A DNA stretch of 64,000 bases from Bacteroidales bacterium (GCA_016929525.1 JAFGIP010000097.1:64713-128712), one strand, 5' to 3'. Counted from the stretch's first letter, positions 1 through 10,449 are shown. A program made the numbers and translations. The notes: generated from the letters alone by a model not told the origin.

Positions 1-708
1 CTGGCCAACGGTGAAAACAACCGCGACGGTGAGAATAATAATATAAGCTGGAATTCAGGAGTTGAAGGTGAAACAAAGGATAAAAAAATAATTGCATTGC
101 GGGAAAAAAGAAAGCGGGCATTTATGGCAACGCTTATGTTAAGTCAGGGTGTACCTATGATCAGTCATGGAGATGAATACGGACGAACACAAAATGGAAA
201 TAATAATGCGTATTGTCAGGATAACCCATTAGCATGGTTTAGCTGGGACTGGAATGAAACACATAAAAAACTCTATGAGTTTACAAAGGAGCTCATAGCA
301 ATTCGCAAATCACAACCTGTCTTGCATAAAAGAAGGTACTTCAAGGGTCGAAAAATATACGGCAAAGAGATCAGGGATGTTCGCTGGCTAAATACCGAAG
401 GAAATGATATGAGCGAAAAAGAATGGAATGCAGATTTTATACGCTGTATGGGAATGCTCCTGAACGGTGAACTGATGAACGAAGTTAATGAAAACGGAGA
501 TACCATTCAGGATGATATTTTATTGGTATTAGTGAACAGCTACTGGGATAAAATAACATTTAAATTACCGAATCGCGATTTATTTAAAGCCTGGAATATT
601 TTGGTGGACACAGATAAAGAAGGTATTAAAAACAGGAACCAGGTAATCTCGAAGAAATATACAATTTCCGCAAGGTCGCTCATATTACTTAAAAATTTAA
701 ACGATTAA
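1..708 (+). CDS. glgX: Glycogen debranching enzyme (GH13, GlgX/isoamylase type), C-terminal part; the 5' end lies outside the window
   Basis: Frame 1 is open from nt 1 (LANGENNRDGENNNISWNSGVEG...) and runs into listed ORF 97..708. GVPMISHGDEYGRTQNGNNNAYCQDN and WFSWDW are the conserved C-terminal catalytic-domain blocks of GlgX-type debranching enzymes. Confidence 0.8.
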   Translation: MANGENNRDGENNNISWNSGVEGETKDKKIIALREKRKRAFMATLMLSQGVPMISHGDEYGRTQNGNNNAYCQDNPLAWFSWDWNETHKKLYEFTKELIAIRKSQPVLHKRRYFKGRKIYGKEIRDVRWLNTEGNDMSEKEWNADFIRCMGMLLNGELMNEVNENGDTIQDDILLVLVNSYWDKITFKLPNRDLFKAWNILVDTDKEGIKNRNQVISKKYTISARSLILLKNLND

Positions 709-715
709 AAAAATA

Positions 716-740
716 CCGGGAATTTTAATCCCGGCATTTT
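716..740. terminator. Candidate hairpin terminator between convergent glgX and the 840..2117 gene
   Basis: CCGGGA (716-721) / TCCCGG (729-734), 7-nt loop. An A-run lies upstream (aaaaaata) and cATTTTa downstream. It starts 8 nt after the glgX stop. Confidence 0.45.
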
Positions 741-839
741 ACCTACGTTACCCTAAAATTTCAATCATTGAGATTTCCTAACCTATTCTGTCGCATAACT
801 CCCAACCCTAAATTGTAACACGCTGTATAAAGTCTTATA

Positions 840-2117
840 CTATTGCCTTTTAATTTTCTTATTAAGTTTCTTAATAGCTTCCTGAATACTTTCATCTGGT
901 TTAATGGTGTTATATTCACCCCAGAAATCGTTGTCTTCAAATGCAGTAACCTGGTCTGCCAGAACATCGGTAAGCTTTGCAGAAGTTTTATAAGGGAATT
1001 TATCAAGATGTTCAGTATCCCTGTCTGTTATGGCCATTTCAAACATCGTAGTTATATTCGATTTGAATAATTTCTTATCCCACTTGCTTTTAAATACAAC
1101 CTCAGACCTTACCATGTTTAATACCCATTTATCATCAATTTCCCTGAATTTTACCTGATAATTTCCGCTTACAACATCCATTTTCATGGTTAATGGTTTT
1201 TTCTTAACCAGTGCTCTTGAAGCTCCATCCAGGCTTTTTTCGGCAATTCTGAAGTCAACTCCTGTTATTGCATAGCTTTCAACATCTATATAAATAGTTC
1301 CCTCATAAAGTAACTCATCATAATTTGATCGTTGTGCGAACTTAACGATATAGTTGTTTTTGTTGTTAATACTTACAACTCCTTCAAGAGTATATTTATA
1401 ATAACTAAAGAGTTCCGGATCGAGTATAACTCCCGGGTTTTTCACTAAATCTACAAACATGGCAGTTCTGGGTCCTCCCTGGAATTTAACCAACACGGTA
1501 TCCATCTTTTTCACATCTTTACTTTTTCTTCCTTTATAAATTCTAACCCTGTCGAAGTCGAAATTATCATGGTATCCAGAGTTGTAAATATCCAGCACAG
1601 CTTCGGAAATTGAAACATAGTGTCTGTTTTGTTTAATAATTTCCCGGTAGAAACCTGTTTGCATTTCAGGTTTAAGACGATAATTATCTTTTATCTTTGA
1701 AACAGCTGTTTCAATCAGCTCTTTTGCATCAAGAGATTTTATAACAACTTCTTCAATTGGAATAGAGTGGCGCTCCAGTTCAACTTTGTTATTATCCGAT
1801 AAAAGATTTTTTACAAGTATCTCTTTATTCTTATAACCAAGGTGATTGAATGAAATAGTACCTTCTGTTGATTTACCAGGTATTTTTAGAATGAATTCGC
1901 CATCGGAATTGGTTACAGTACCTACACTGGTTCCGGTTTTAAAAACAGTTGCAAATACAACAGGCTCAGTCGATTCTTTATCTACAACCTTTGCAGAAAC
2001 TGTTATATAATTTACAGTATCATTTTCCTGCAATCTTTTCTTTGAATCTTTTGCTTCTGCACTGAAAAAAGATCCCCAAAGAAATAGTACAATTAAATTT
2101 AATATTATCTTTTTCAT
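840..2117 (-). CDS. Secreted carboxypeptidase-regulatory-like (CarboxypepD_reg) domain protein, function unknown
   Basis: 425 aa. Signal peptide MKKIILNLIVLFLWGSFFSAEA, then a CarboxypepD_reg-like block (VSAKVVDKESTEPVVFATVF..TGTSVGTVTNSDGEFILKIP). The remainder is unassigned. Confidence 0.6.
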   Translation of the reverse strand: MKKIILNLIVLFLWGSFFSAEAKDSKKRLQENDTVNYITVSAKVVDKESTEPVVFATVFKTGTSVGTVTNSDGEFILKIPGKSTEGTISFNHLGYKNKEILVKNLLSDNNKVELERHSIPIEEVVIKSLDAKELIETAVSKIKDNYRLKPEMQTGFYREIIKQNRHYVSISEAVLDIYNSGYHDNFDFDRVRIYKGRKSKDVKKMDTVLVKFQGGPRTAMFVDLVKNPGVILDPELFSYYKYTLEGVVSINNKNNYIVKFAQRSNYDELLYEGTIYIDVESYAITGVDFRIAEKSLDGASRALVKKKPLTMKMDVVSGNYQVKFREIDDKWVLNMVRSEVVFKSKWDKKLFKSNITTMFEMAITDRDTEHLDKFPYKTSAKLTDVLADQVTAFEDNDFWGEYNTIKPDESIQEAIKKLNKKIKRQ

Positions 2118-2331
2118 GACTTTAGATTTTTTATTAGAACATTGCTTTCCGGTTAGCTTTCATTCATATGACATGTTTAATATCTTTTACACGTATTTTT
2201 TTAAATCCATGTAATCATAAAAGATTATTTGGTTTCAGATGTGAATGACAAAAAGAAGAATAAATTTGAAATATGGACATTTATAGAAAATTATTGCAGT
2301 TTTGTATTTTAAACATTAAAAAATTAAAACC

Positions 2332-2652
2332 ATGATTCTTACTACAACACCTGCGATTGAAGGAAAAAAGATTGTCGAATATTATGGTATTGTTTCCGGA
2401 GAAGCAATCATAGGGGCAAATCTTTTTAAAGATTTCTTTGCAAGCATTACCGATATTGTTGGCGGACGATCAGGTTCTTATGAGCGGGTACTTCGCGAAG
2501 CAAAAGATGATGCATTAAAGGAACTTGAAGAAAATGCAAATAGAATAGGGGCAAATGCTGTTATTGGAATCGATCTTGATTATGAGTCGCTCGGGAGCAA
2601 CGGAAGCATGTTAATGGTTTCTGCCAGCGGAACGGCAGTAAGATATCAATAA
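2332..2652 (+). CDS. ybjQ: YbjQ/UPF0145 family protein
   Basis: 106 aa. [47 protein letters not shown]...[12 protein letters not shown] is the characteristic YbjQ-family pattern. Confidence 0.8.
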   Translation: MILTTTPAIEGKKIVEYYGIVSGEAIIGANLFKDFFASITDIVGGRSGSYERVLREAKDDALKELEENANRIGANAVIGIDLDYESLGSNGSMLMVSASGTAVRYQ

Positions 2653-2693
2653 TCAGATCAGGGGACTACTTTCCGTATCAGCAGAAATGTATT

Positions 2694-3770
2694 ATGAGAA
2701 TTATTTTTACCACTGGTAAATCACTTCTTGCCACGTTTATTATCACTCTTTCAATAGGAGGATCGTATGATTGTTATGGTCAGAAGTTACTTCCTGATAC
2801 TATTTTTGTCGATTTCGTTAATGATTCATTAATATCAGTTGAAGGCATTGGAATTCAGGAAGTAAAAGATATAAGAAATGAAGACCCGCGATTTGTAAGA
2901 TATGAGACAAAAAATAAATTTTTATTTATTCCGGTCGACCAGGAAATATATTTAAAAAAACCTCTGCCAGATGAACTCTCCAGCGGGATACCAAAGACCG
3001 GGGAAAGAAATTACCAGCTTATAATTGACAAATTTGAAGTTGTAAAAAAAAGTCGCAGATTCTCTTCTTCAATTCTACTAACTGCTGATATTGAGGTGTA
3101 TAAATATTTGAAAGATACTATTTGCTTTATAGGTACTTATATTTACGATCATCAGTATATTCCCGCAGGGAAGAAAGAAAATGTAAAAGAATCTACAGAA
3201 AACTTGTTAAGCCAGTGGCATACTGAATTTAAACTCGACCTTCTTGACTTGAAGTCGGATTTCCCTGAAAATTCTGACCCGTCAGAACAGAATTATTTTA
3301 CCGATCCTGATATTAAATCTCTGTATATGAATGCTCAGGCAGGGATGTTTACAGGTTATAACTGGTGGGGTCTGCAAGGTGAAGTTTTTTTCTCAAGACC
3401 TGAAACCAGCCGGAAAAGCCGGTACACGGCCGGAATATTACGCTATAATAATAATGAAGACTATGAGTCGTATGCGGTAGGTAAACGATCGGAACACTAT
3501 TATTTCAGAAGAAGTGACCGGTGGCTGTTCGATTTAGATATGAATTTCCTGTTGGGCTTTTGTAAATGGAAGGATGTTGAGACTGATGATCCCACACTGT
3601 ACCAGATTATCGATTTTGAACTGTCATCGATTCAGAGTATAACATATAATAAAAGCAATAAAAAAGGTCTGCTGATGAAAGCAGGTATTGTGGAGAATCT
3701 CATGTATGTAATTGATAAACAACCAAAGTTACAGGTTGGGATTTATGCCGGATTAGGGTATAAGTTTTAA
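2694..3770 (+). CDS. Hypothetical protein, possible outer-membrane beta-barrel
   Basis: 358 aa. Hydrophobic N-terminus; C-terminus ...GLGYKF has the terminal aromatic residue typical of OM barrels. It ends 10 nt before the TonB receptor gene. No family recognised. Confidence 0.5.
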   Translation: MRIIFTTGKSLLATFIITLSIGGSYDCYGQKLLPDTIFVDFVNDSLISVEGIGIQEVKDIRNEDPRFVRYETKNKFLFIPVDQEIYLKKPLPDELSSGIPKTGERNYQLIIDKFEVVKKSRRFSSSILLTADIEVYKYLKDTICFIGTYIYDHQYIPAGKKENVKESTENLLSQWHTEFKLDLLDLKSDFPENSDPSEQNYFTDPDIKSLYMNAQAGMFTGYNWWGLQGEVFFSRPETSRKSRYTAGILRYNNNEDYESYAVGKRSEHYYFRRSDRWLFDLDMNFLLGFCKWKDVETDDPTLYQIIDFELSSIQSITYNKSNKKGLLMKAGIVENLMYVIDKQPKLQVGIYAGLGYKF

Positions 3771-3780
3771 TTTATTTTAA

Positions 3781-6162
3781 ATGAAAGTGTCACGTTATTA
3801 TATAACAGTTCTGATATTGGTCCTTATTACTTTTAAAGGGTTCTCGCAGCATTATGCAATATCTGGATATGTTACAGATTCACTTTCGCGTGAGACTTTG
3901 ATTGGCGCAGGCATACAATGGGAAGGCACTACTCTTGGAGTGGTATCAGACAATAATGGCTTTTTTCAGTTTGCAGGTTTTTCTCCCGGGCAGCATCCTT
4001 TGATTATATCATATATTGGATACGAACCAAAAAGAATAATTGTTGACGTAAAAAATAAAAGTCTCGTTATACCAGAAATAAAACTCGTACCAAGAATACT
4101 GGAAGTGGATGAGGTATCTATCATTGCTGCCAAACCAGATGTGGTTGGGGATCGTGAAGTGGAAACCAGTATGATAGAGTTAACTTCAAAATCTATCCAG
4201 TCTATACCGGCTGCAGGTAATGATGTTTTCTCAGCTATAAAATATTTACCCGGTATAGATCGTACCGAACCTTTTTCACCACTTTTTACAGTACGTGGAG
4301 GTGATCCTGGTGAGAACGCCGTACTTCTTGACGGGGTTATGATTTACAATCCTTATCATTCGAGTATTACATCAGGTATTTTCAACACACAGACAATAAA
4401 GTCAGTTGATCTCCTGATCGGGGGATTCGGATCAGAATATGGTGGTAGGAATTCATCGGTAATGTATATATCAACAAAGGATGGTAACAGTAGCAAATTA
4501 CATGGCGAAATTGAACCCAGCACGATCCATTCAAAAGCTTTTCTCGAATTTCCGGTCGGAGATAAAGGCTCAGCAATGGTCGCCGGCAGATATTTTTACG
4601 ATATCTTTTCCGAGTTCATAATGAATAATAAAAGCTATTTCTACGATTTTAATATATCATATACATACAGGCTTAACAGAAGAAACCGGTTTACATTCAA
4701 ATATTTCCATTCTTTGGATCGTACAGGTGTTAATTTCAATACTTTTTACAGGTATTTCGGGAATACTTTCAATACCGATATATACGACGATTTCGATCTG
4801 AGATTATTGAACAGGTGGCAAAACAGAGCTGCAACGGTTATTCATAAATGGATATTATCACCCCGATTATTTGTTAGAACGCAGTTGTATTATTCTGTTC
4901 ATGAATCGGATAATTTCTCCGGAACCGATTTTAGCTTTACCGTTGTTGAAGAAGGGATGGATACCTTGAGGTTTCAGCTTAAAACAAGTTCAAACTTTAC
5001 AAATAAAATAAGTGACCTGTCAGGGAAAACAGTTATAAATTATAAGATTGCTGCTTTCAGCACACTTCGGCTTGGTGCAGAGGTAAACAATTACTATTTT
5101 AAAAACAGGGCTTGGATTAATGAGATAGACCAGGGTTCACTGAAAAATAATCCGTTACAGTGGGCAGGATTTATTGAGGATAAAATTAATGCAGGACCTG
5201 TTATTATTCGCCCCGGAATTCGTTTAACACACTACGATTACAGGGGATTGAAATATGAACCGAGGTTGAATATTGTGATATCACTGCCCTGGGATATAAG
5301 GTTAAAAGCAGCATACGGACATTATTATCAGCATGTAATCAGTATGAATACCAATGAGGTGGAGATGAACCAGTCTGTAGATTATTATTTTCCTTTAAAG
5401 AATTATGAACCAAGTAAGTCAATTCATTATGTGGCGGGTATTGAAAAGCGGTTAACCCCCATGTCTTTAATTTCAATGGATGTCTATTATAAAGATATGG
5501 AGAAGGTTTATACCTTCGATATAAACCAGACCGATAATGAAGTAATAACACTTTCAGATAAACTACAACAGGGATCGGGAAAAGCTTATGGAGCAGAATT
5601 ATTGTTAAGGGGAAGCTTTAAGAATTTTTCAGGGTGGATTAGTTACGGATTGTCATGGGCGACACGTCAATATCCGTTTCTTAACAATGGAGAACCATAT
5701 CCATATGATTATAACCGTAGGCATGCTTTAAAGGTTGTGGCCAACTATGCTATAACCAAGACATTAGAATATAATGTTTCCTTTGTTTTTCTATCTGGAG
5801 TGTATCGAAGTATAGAACAGGTAATGCAGAACTATTATTACTACGATCCGGTAACAAATGAGCTGAGTTTTTTCCCGGTATGGTTATCGAATGGAAAGAA
5901 CAATGCTAAAATGCCTGCACATATCAATCTCGATATGAGTATAAAAAAGCGTTTAAGAAGCGGATTCGGCAAGCAGCTGTCTGACGTATTTAATGCAACA
6001 GAATCCTATGTTACAATTACAATTAGAAACCTTACTTTTTTCAGAAGGAATGTTGAATATTATTTTCCGATTGCCACTGAAGGACGATGGGAAGGAAAAT
6101 ATCTGCCTTTGGGCACCAATTATTTTCCATCGGTAGGAGTTAGTTACACCATTAAATTTTAA
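3781..6162 (+). CDS. TonB-dependent receptor with N-terminal CarboxypepD_reg domain
   Basis: 793 aa. Signal peptide, CarboxypepD_reg block (ISGYVTDSLSRETLIGAGIQWEG..GVVSDNNGFFQF), plug-like region (YLPGI...TVRGGDPGENAVLLDGVMIYNPYH), and a long barrel ending VSYTIKF. Confidence 0.8.
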   Translation: MKVSRYYITVLILVLITFKGFSQHYAISGYVTDSLSRETLIGAGIQWEGTTLGVVSDNNGFFQFAGFSPGQHPLIISYIGYEPKRIIVDVKNKSLVIPEIKLVPRILEVDEVSIIAAKPDVVGDREVETSMIELTSKSIQSIPAAGNDVFSAIKYLPGIDRTEPFSPLFTVRGGDPGENAVLLDGVMIYNPYHSSITSGIFNTQTIKSVDLLIGGFGSEYGGRNSSVMYISTKDGNSSKLHGEIEPSTIHSKAFLEFPVGDKGSAMVAGRYFYDIFSEFIMNNKSYFYDFNISYTYRLNRRNRFTFKYFHSLDRTGVNFNTFYRYFGNTFNTDIYDDFDLRLLNRWQNRAATVIHKWILSPRLFVRTQLYYSVHESDNFSGTDFSFTVVEEGMDTLRFQLKTSSNFTNKISDLSGKTVINYKIAAFSTLRLGAEVNNYYFKNRAWINEIDQGSLKNNPLQWAGFIEDKINAGPVIIRPGIRLTHYDYRGLKYEPRLNIVISLPWDIRLKAAYGHYYQHVISMNTNEVEMNQSVDYYFPLKNYEPSKSIHYVAGIEKRLTPMSLISMDVYYKDMEKVYTFDINQTDNEVITLSDKLQQGSGKAYGAELLLRGSFKNFSGWISYGLSWATRQYPFLNNGEPYPYDYNRRHALKVVANYAITKTLEYNVSFVFLSGVYRSIEQVMQNYYYYDPVTNELSFFPVWLSNGKNNAKMPAHINLDMSIKKRLRSGFGKQLSDVFNATESYVTITIRNLTFFRRNVEYYFPIATEGRWEGKYLPLGTNYFPSVGVSYTIKF

Positions 6163-6165
6163 ATA

Positions 6166-6981
6166 ATGAAGAAGTATTCTTTATTAATAGGTCTTTTAAT
6201 AATAATACTTGGTTCCTGTGAGCAGGTTACAGATTATTATCTTGGTTTTCCTCAGCAGCCTGAATTTAATGATGAATGGACAATTGAAGGATTAAACATA
6301 TTTGGTATTATCAGGCCATGTAGTAGTGACAGCCTGAATACTTCCTTTGTTTTTGTTCAGCAGATGTGGCCGGCATTAGCATATGACGATTTGGGTATCA
6401 TAACAGATGCATCCGTGATTGTATATAGCAGCAGCAGTTTAGATACAGTTGAATTTCCATTAACTCCTCCTGATTCTAATTTTACTGATACACTGTATCG
6501 ACCGATTGGTAATTTTAATCCTGCAGCAGGAGAGCAATATATTATATCCTGTCAGCATCCTCGGTTACCTGAAGCGACCGGAAGCACGGTTTTTCCTCCC
6601 GCACCTGCGATTGAAGAGAACTCATTAAGCATAGAAGAAAATAGTGTACAATTTAAAATTATACCGGATACTTTAATAAAAATAATTGATGTTTACCAGA
6701 TTTATGGTAATCAGAGCGTACTTCTTCGCCGTTTAATTCCTGATGATTTCAGAGATGTAACCCTTGTATTTGATCTGGTATATAACCCTGAAGATTCCAA
6801 AGTGGTTTTATATGGGTACGATGCTAACATGGCCATATACCTTGGTAATTCTAACACTTCATTGAATTTCAATAAATACAGAACTGCTTTTAGCACCCTG
6901 GAAAGTGGCTATGGCGTTTTTGGATCGATGAATTATTCTGAGATTGAGTTGAATAACCCTAACAGGGTGTCCGGCTTTTAA
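6166..6981 (+). CDS. Lipoprotein partner of the TonB receptor (DUF4249-like by context)
   Basis: 271 aa. Lipobox LLIIILGSC. Starts 4 nt after the receptor stop. Size and position fit the lipoproteins that follow this receptor class; the family call rests on context only. Confidence 0.5.
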   Translation: MKKYSLLIGLLIIILGSCEQVTDYYLGFPQQPEFNDEWTIEGLNIFGIIRPCSSDSLNTSFVFVQQMWPALAYDDLGIITDASVIVYSSSSLDTVEFPLTPPDSNFTDTLYRPIGNFNPAAGEQYIISCQHPRLPEATGSTVFPPAPAIEENSLSIEENSVQFKIIPDTLIKIIDVYQIYGNQSVLLRRLIPDDFRDVTLVFDLVYNPEDSKVVLYGYDANMAIYLGNSNTSLNFNKYRTAFSTLESGYGVFGSMNYSEIELNNPNRVSGF

Positions 6982-7613
6982 GATTTTCTTAATATCAGGT
7001 TAAATCCCAGTGTAATAAAAATACCACCACTGATTTTTTGCATCCAAAAGGCGATCCTGGGATTATTTTGCAGGGTATTGGTCATATATGAAGCTGTAAC
7101 TGCCAGGAAAAAACACCAAATGGTGCCGGTAGTCAGAAAAGTAAATCCAAGTATCAGGAAAGGGAAGGGACCACTGGTAAATTCCGGTACAATAAACTGA
7201 GGCAGGAATGACAAAAAGAAAAGTGCAACTTTTGGGTTTAGTAAATTGGTAAACATTCCCTGCCTGTAAATTTTAATAAGACTACTTTTGTTGTTTTTTC
7301 GTTCTGTAACCGAAAAATTTCCACTCCTGCTGATAAATGCTTTAATACCCAGAAAGACAAGATAAAGACCTCCGGCTATACGAACAATATTAAATGCCAG
7401 TGCCGATTGTGCAAGAATTATCGATAATCCAAACGCTGCAAAACAAATATGAAATAAACAACCGGTTACAATTCCCAGTATCGAAACAGTTCCTGCCTGT
7501 TTGCCCTGTGATACACTTCGTGTGAGGATGTAAATCGTATCAGCTCCGGGTGTCAGGTTTAGAATAATACCTGCTATTATAAAAGCGCCATAATTTTGAA
7601 TGCCTTCAAACAT
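6978..7613 (-). CDS. LysE/RhtB family amino-acid exporter
   Basis: 211 aa with about 6 hydrophobic segments. N-terminal PGADTIYIL and central NPKVALFFLSFLPQF motifs are typical of LysE-family translocators. Its stop overlaps the convergent 6166..6981 stop. Confidence 0.75.
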   Translation of the reverse strand: MFEGIQNYGAFIIAGIILNLTPGADTIYILTRSVSQGKQAGTVSILGIVTGCLFHICFAAFGLSIILAQSALAFNIVRIAGGLYLVFLGIKAFISRSGNFSVTERKNNKSSLIKIYRQGMFTNLLNPKVALFFLSFLPQFIVPEFTSGPFPFLILGFTFLTTGTIWCFFLAVTASYMTNTLQNNPRIAFWMQKISGGIFITLGFNLILRKS

Positions 7614-7677
7614 GTTCTGATTTTTTTAGCACAAAAGTAGATCTTTATTTTCTTAATAAATTTCCATTGTTTATTAA

Positions 7678-8466
7678 ATGAAGTATATAATTTGTCAGAG
7701 ATTTGATATTAGGAATATACTGATGAAAAAACTTTGTTCTGATAAACTTATTGTTATAATAATTTTGATTATGATCAATATTCCTGCTTTTTACGCACAA
7801 AGTATTGTGACCCACATGAAAATAAAAGTATACCTGATACCAGGCCAGGGAGCGGATTATCGTTTATTTGATAATCTTAAGATTGATGGTTGTTATGAGG
7901 TAGTAAAGATAAGTTGGATTGTTCCGGAAAAGAAGATGAAAATGCGGGATTTTGCATTAAAGATTGCTGAGCAAATAGATACGAGCAGCAGGTATTCACT
8001 TATTGGGGTTTCGTTGGGAGGTATGATCTGTTCTGAATTAACTGATGAATTTCTACCGGAAAAGGTAATTATTATTTCGAGCGCCAAATGCAGGAATGAG
8101 CTGCCGGGAAGATACAGGTTTATGAGCAAAGTACCGATAAACAAATTAGTCCCCGCAAGATTATATAAATGGGGCTCATACATTGCACAGCCTCTCTTCG
8201 AGCCGGATCGGAAAAATGGAAAAGAAACCTTTAAAGCAATGCTTAAGGCAAAGGATCCACAATTCTTAAAACGTACAGCAGATATGATCACCAACTGGGA
8301 GAAGAGAACATATAATTCAGACATAATCCACATTCATGGCGACAACGATTATACAATACCTGTGAAAAATGTAGATGCCGATTATGTCATTAAAGACGGC
8401 TCGCATATGATGGTATATACAAGAGGAGAAGAACTGAGCAGGCTTATCAACCAATTATTAAAATAG
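7678..8466 (+). CDS. Secreted alpha/beta-hydrolase
   Basis: 262 aa. Alternative start M16 (nt 7723) gives a clean signal peptide. Nucleophile elbow GVSLGG, plus HGDNDYTIP and DGSHMM, complete a Ser-Asp-His triad. Confidence 0.65.
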   Translation: MKYIICQRFDIRNILMKKLCSDKLIVIIILIMINIPAFYAQSIVTHMKIKVYLIPGQGADYRLFDNLKIDGCYEVVKISWIVPEKKMKMRDFALKIAEQIDTSSRYSLIGVSLGGMICSELTDEFLPEKVIIISSAKCRNELPGRYRFMSKVPINKLVPARLYKWGSYIAQPLFEPDRKNGKETFKAMLKAKDPQFLKRTADMITNWEKRTYNSDIIHIHGDNDYTIPVKNVDADYVIKDGSHMMVYTRGEELSRLINQLLK

Positions 8467-8830
8467 ACACTTTCATCTTTCGGTTATCATGATAATCAGT
8501 TTTATTCATAACCGTATCCAACTTGTTTTAGTAGAATTCAAGGTACATGTTCACTTCTGATGATTATAGACTTTTTTTCTGAATAACCAATTTCTTGATT
8601 TGGATCAAGAGAATTCTTGCCAGAAGATCGTATGTTTACCCTTTGGTTATAAAATGCCGGTGATCATATTTAGTGATGAGCATTTTATGCACAAAGTGCC
8701 GTATTAAAGAACTTTTTCTAGTAGTTAGTATAGTATATACCAAACCTGCGCTGGATATTAATGAATAGCGCAAGTTATGTAGCCGTTAAAAAGAAATAGT
8801 AAAGTGATGACGTTAGGTCGTTTGATTGAG

Positions 8831-8862
8831 AAGCCACCTTGCAAAGGGTGGCTTTTTAATTT
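8831..8862 (+). terminator. Rho-independent terminator, plus-strand polarity
   Basis: Perfect 8-bp stem AAGCCACC (8831-8838) / GGTGGCTT (8847-8854), 8-nt loop, then a T-rich tail (TTTTTAATTTT from nt 8853, overlapping the stem end). The U-tract exists only on the plus strand. It lies 18 nt below the minus-strand sulfatase stop and 365 nt after the nearest plus-strand CDS. Confidence 0.6.
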
Positions 8863-8871
8863 TCGACTCGA

Positions 8872-10449
8872 TTAATATTGCCCGGTATTCCTGTAATCTC
8901 CTGCGAATCTTCTTCCCTCTGGTCGTTTTAAAGGGATTTGCATACCTCCGGTTTCGTCGAGCCATGAGTAAAGTTCATCAACCATTTCTTTAATGATCTC
9001 CTGATGTTCGGGGCTGTCAATAAGATTGTTCATTTCATACGGGTCACTTTCAAGATCATAAAATTCGTTGGTATCCCAGATACCCCAGTAACGGATATAT
9101 TTATATCTGTCGGTGCGTATGCCAAAAGTAGTTGGTGTCTCCGGGAAATTTTCTTCCCAGTAATATTCATAGAATACCTTATCACGCCACTCGGTTTTTT
9201 TACCCTCTAATAATGGCACGAAAGATTTTCCCTGCATTTGTTCAGGTGTTTCCAGGCCGAATATTTCCAGAATTGTTGGTGCAATATCCAAATTCTGGAT
9301 CATCCCTGTTTCAACTTTTCCGCCTTTAAAAAGTTCCGGACAGCTAACCAGTAATGGTACCCTGGTTGATTCCTCATAGAAATGTCGTTTGTCGATAAGT
9401 CCGTGTTCACCAAAAGAGAATCCGTTGTCCCCCATATAAATTATAAGAGTTGATTCATATTGCCCCGTTTCTTTTAAATAATCGATTATTTTCCCAATGC
9501 TTTCATCCAGACCCAGCAATGTTTCACAATAACGTCTGTAGAATTCTTCAAATTTCATAGCTCCGTTATACATATAATCTACTCCGTGCCATGAGTAACG
9601 CTGTTCTTTTACCCAGTCGGGAATTCTACCCGGGCCATAGTTGTAGTCGGGATTTTCTTTATTGGCTATTTCATACGGCATATCATTAATCTGAAGGTTT
9701 TCCGGCTTTGTAATGTTATAAGATAGCGGATAATAAATTTCTTCTTTTGCATATTTATCTCTGTGTTTTTTAGCCGGTATAAATTCAGCATGAACAGCTT
9801 TATGCGACAGATATACAAAGTACGGAAGGCCATCGGTACGTTCTTTCATCCACTGAAGGGCATGTTCTGTAAGTATGTCCGTAACATAACTTGAATCGTC
9901 ATATTGAACTCTTTTACCATTTATATTCAGGCTTGGATTATAGTATTCTCCCTGTCCTTTAAAACTCTCCCAATGATCGAAACCCGGTCTGGGATTATCA
10001 TTGGCATCACCCATGTGCCACTTGCCAAAAAAAGCTGTTTTATATCCCAGTTGCTTGATATATTGGGGAAAGTAGATGATATTATCAGGATCGGGTGCCT
10101 GGTTATCGACAATAGTATGTGTGTGTGCATACTGGCCAGTTAAAATCGAAGCCCGGCTTGGTGAGCAAAGTGATGTCGTCACGTATGCATTGCGGCAGTA
10201 TACCCCGTCGCTTGCCAGTTTGTCCATGCTTGGTGTTTCCAGCCAAGGCACCTTACCGGTGAAACCCATGTAATCGTAACGATGGTCATCACTTAATATG
10301 AATATTACATTGCGGGGTTTGCTGTTTTCCAGCTTAGCTAATTTAAGTTTTTCACTGTTGTCATTATTACAGGTGAATGTTAGTAACACAATTCCAATTA
10401 TGTGCAGAAATAATTTTAGGTTTTTCATAATATGAGCTTTGATTTTCAA
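8872..10449 (-). CDS. Sulfatase (Cys-type formylglycine, arylsulfatase / N-acetylglucosamine-6-sulfatase-like)
   Basis: 525 aa. Signal-like N-terminus, metal site SDDHRYD, sulfatase signature SLCSPSRASILTG (C-x-P-x-R), GKWHMG. Confidence 0.85.
   Translation of the reverse strand: MKIKAHIMKNLKLFLHIIGIVLLTFTCNNDNSEKLKLAKLENSKPRNVIFILSDDHRYDYMGFTGKVPWLETPSMDKLASDGVYCRNAYVTTSLCSPSRASILTGQYAHTHTIVDNQAPDPDNIIYFPQYIKQLGYKTAFFGKWHMGDANDNPRPGFDHWESFKGQGEYYNPSLNINGKRVQYDDSSYVTDILTEHALQWMKERTDGLPYFVYLSHKAVHAEFIPAKKHRDKYAKEEIYYPLSYNITKPENLQINDMPYEIANKENPDYNYGPGRIPDWVKEQRYSWHGVDYMYNGAMKFEEFYRRYCETLLGLDESIGKIIDYLKETGQYESTLIIYMGDNGFSFGEHGLIDKRHFYEESTRVPLLVSCPELFKGGKVETGMIQNLDIAPTILEIFGLETPEQMQGKSFVPLLEGKKTEWRDKVFYEYYWEENFPETPTTFGIRTDRYKYIRYWGIWDTNEFYDLESDPYEMNNLIDSPEHQEIIKEMVDELYSWLDETGGMQIPLKRPEGRRFAGDYRNTGQY

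Noticed and set aside
8872-10449. Cys-type sulfatase without an adjacent maturase (anSME/FGE)
   Set aside because: Maturase genes are commonly unlinked from sulfatase genes in Bacteroidota, so this is not anomalous.
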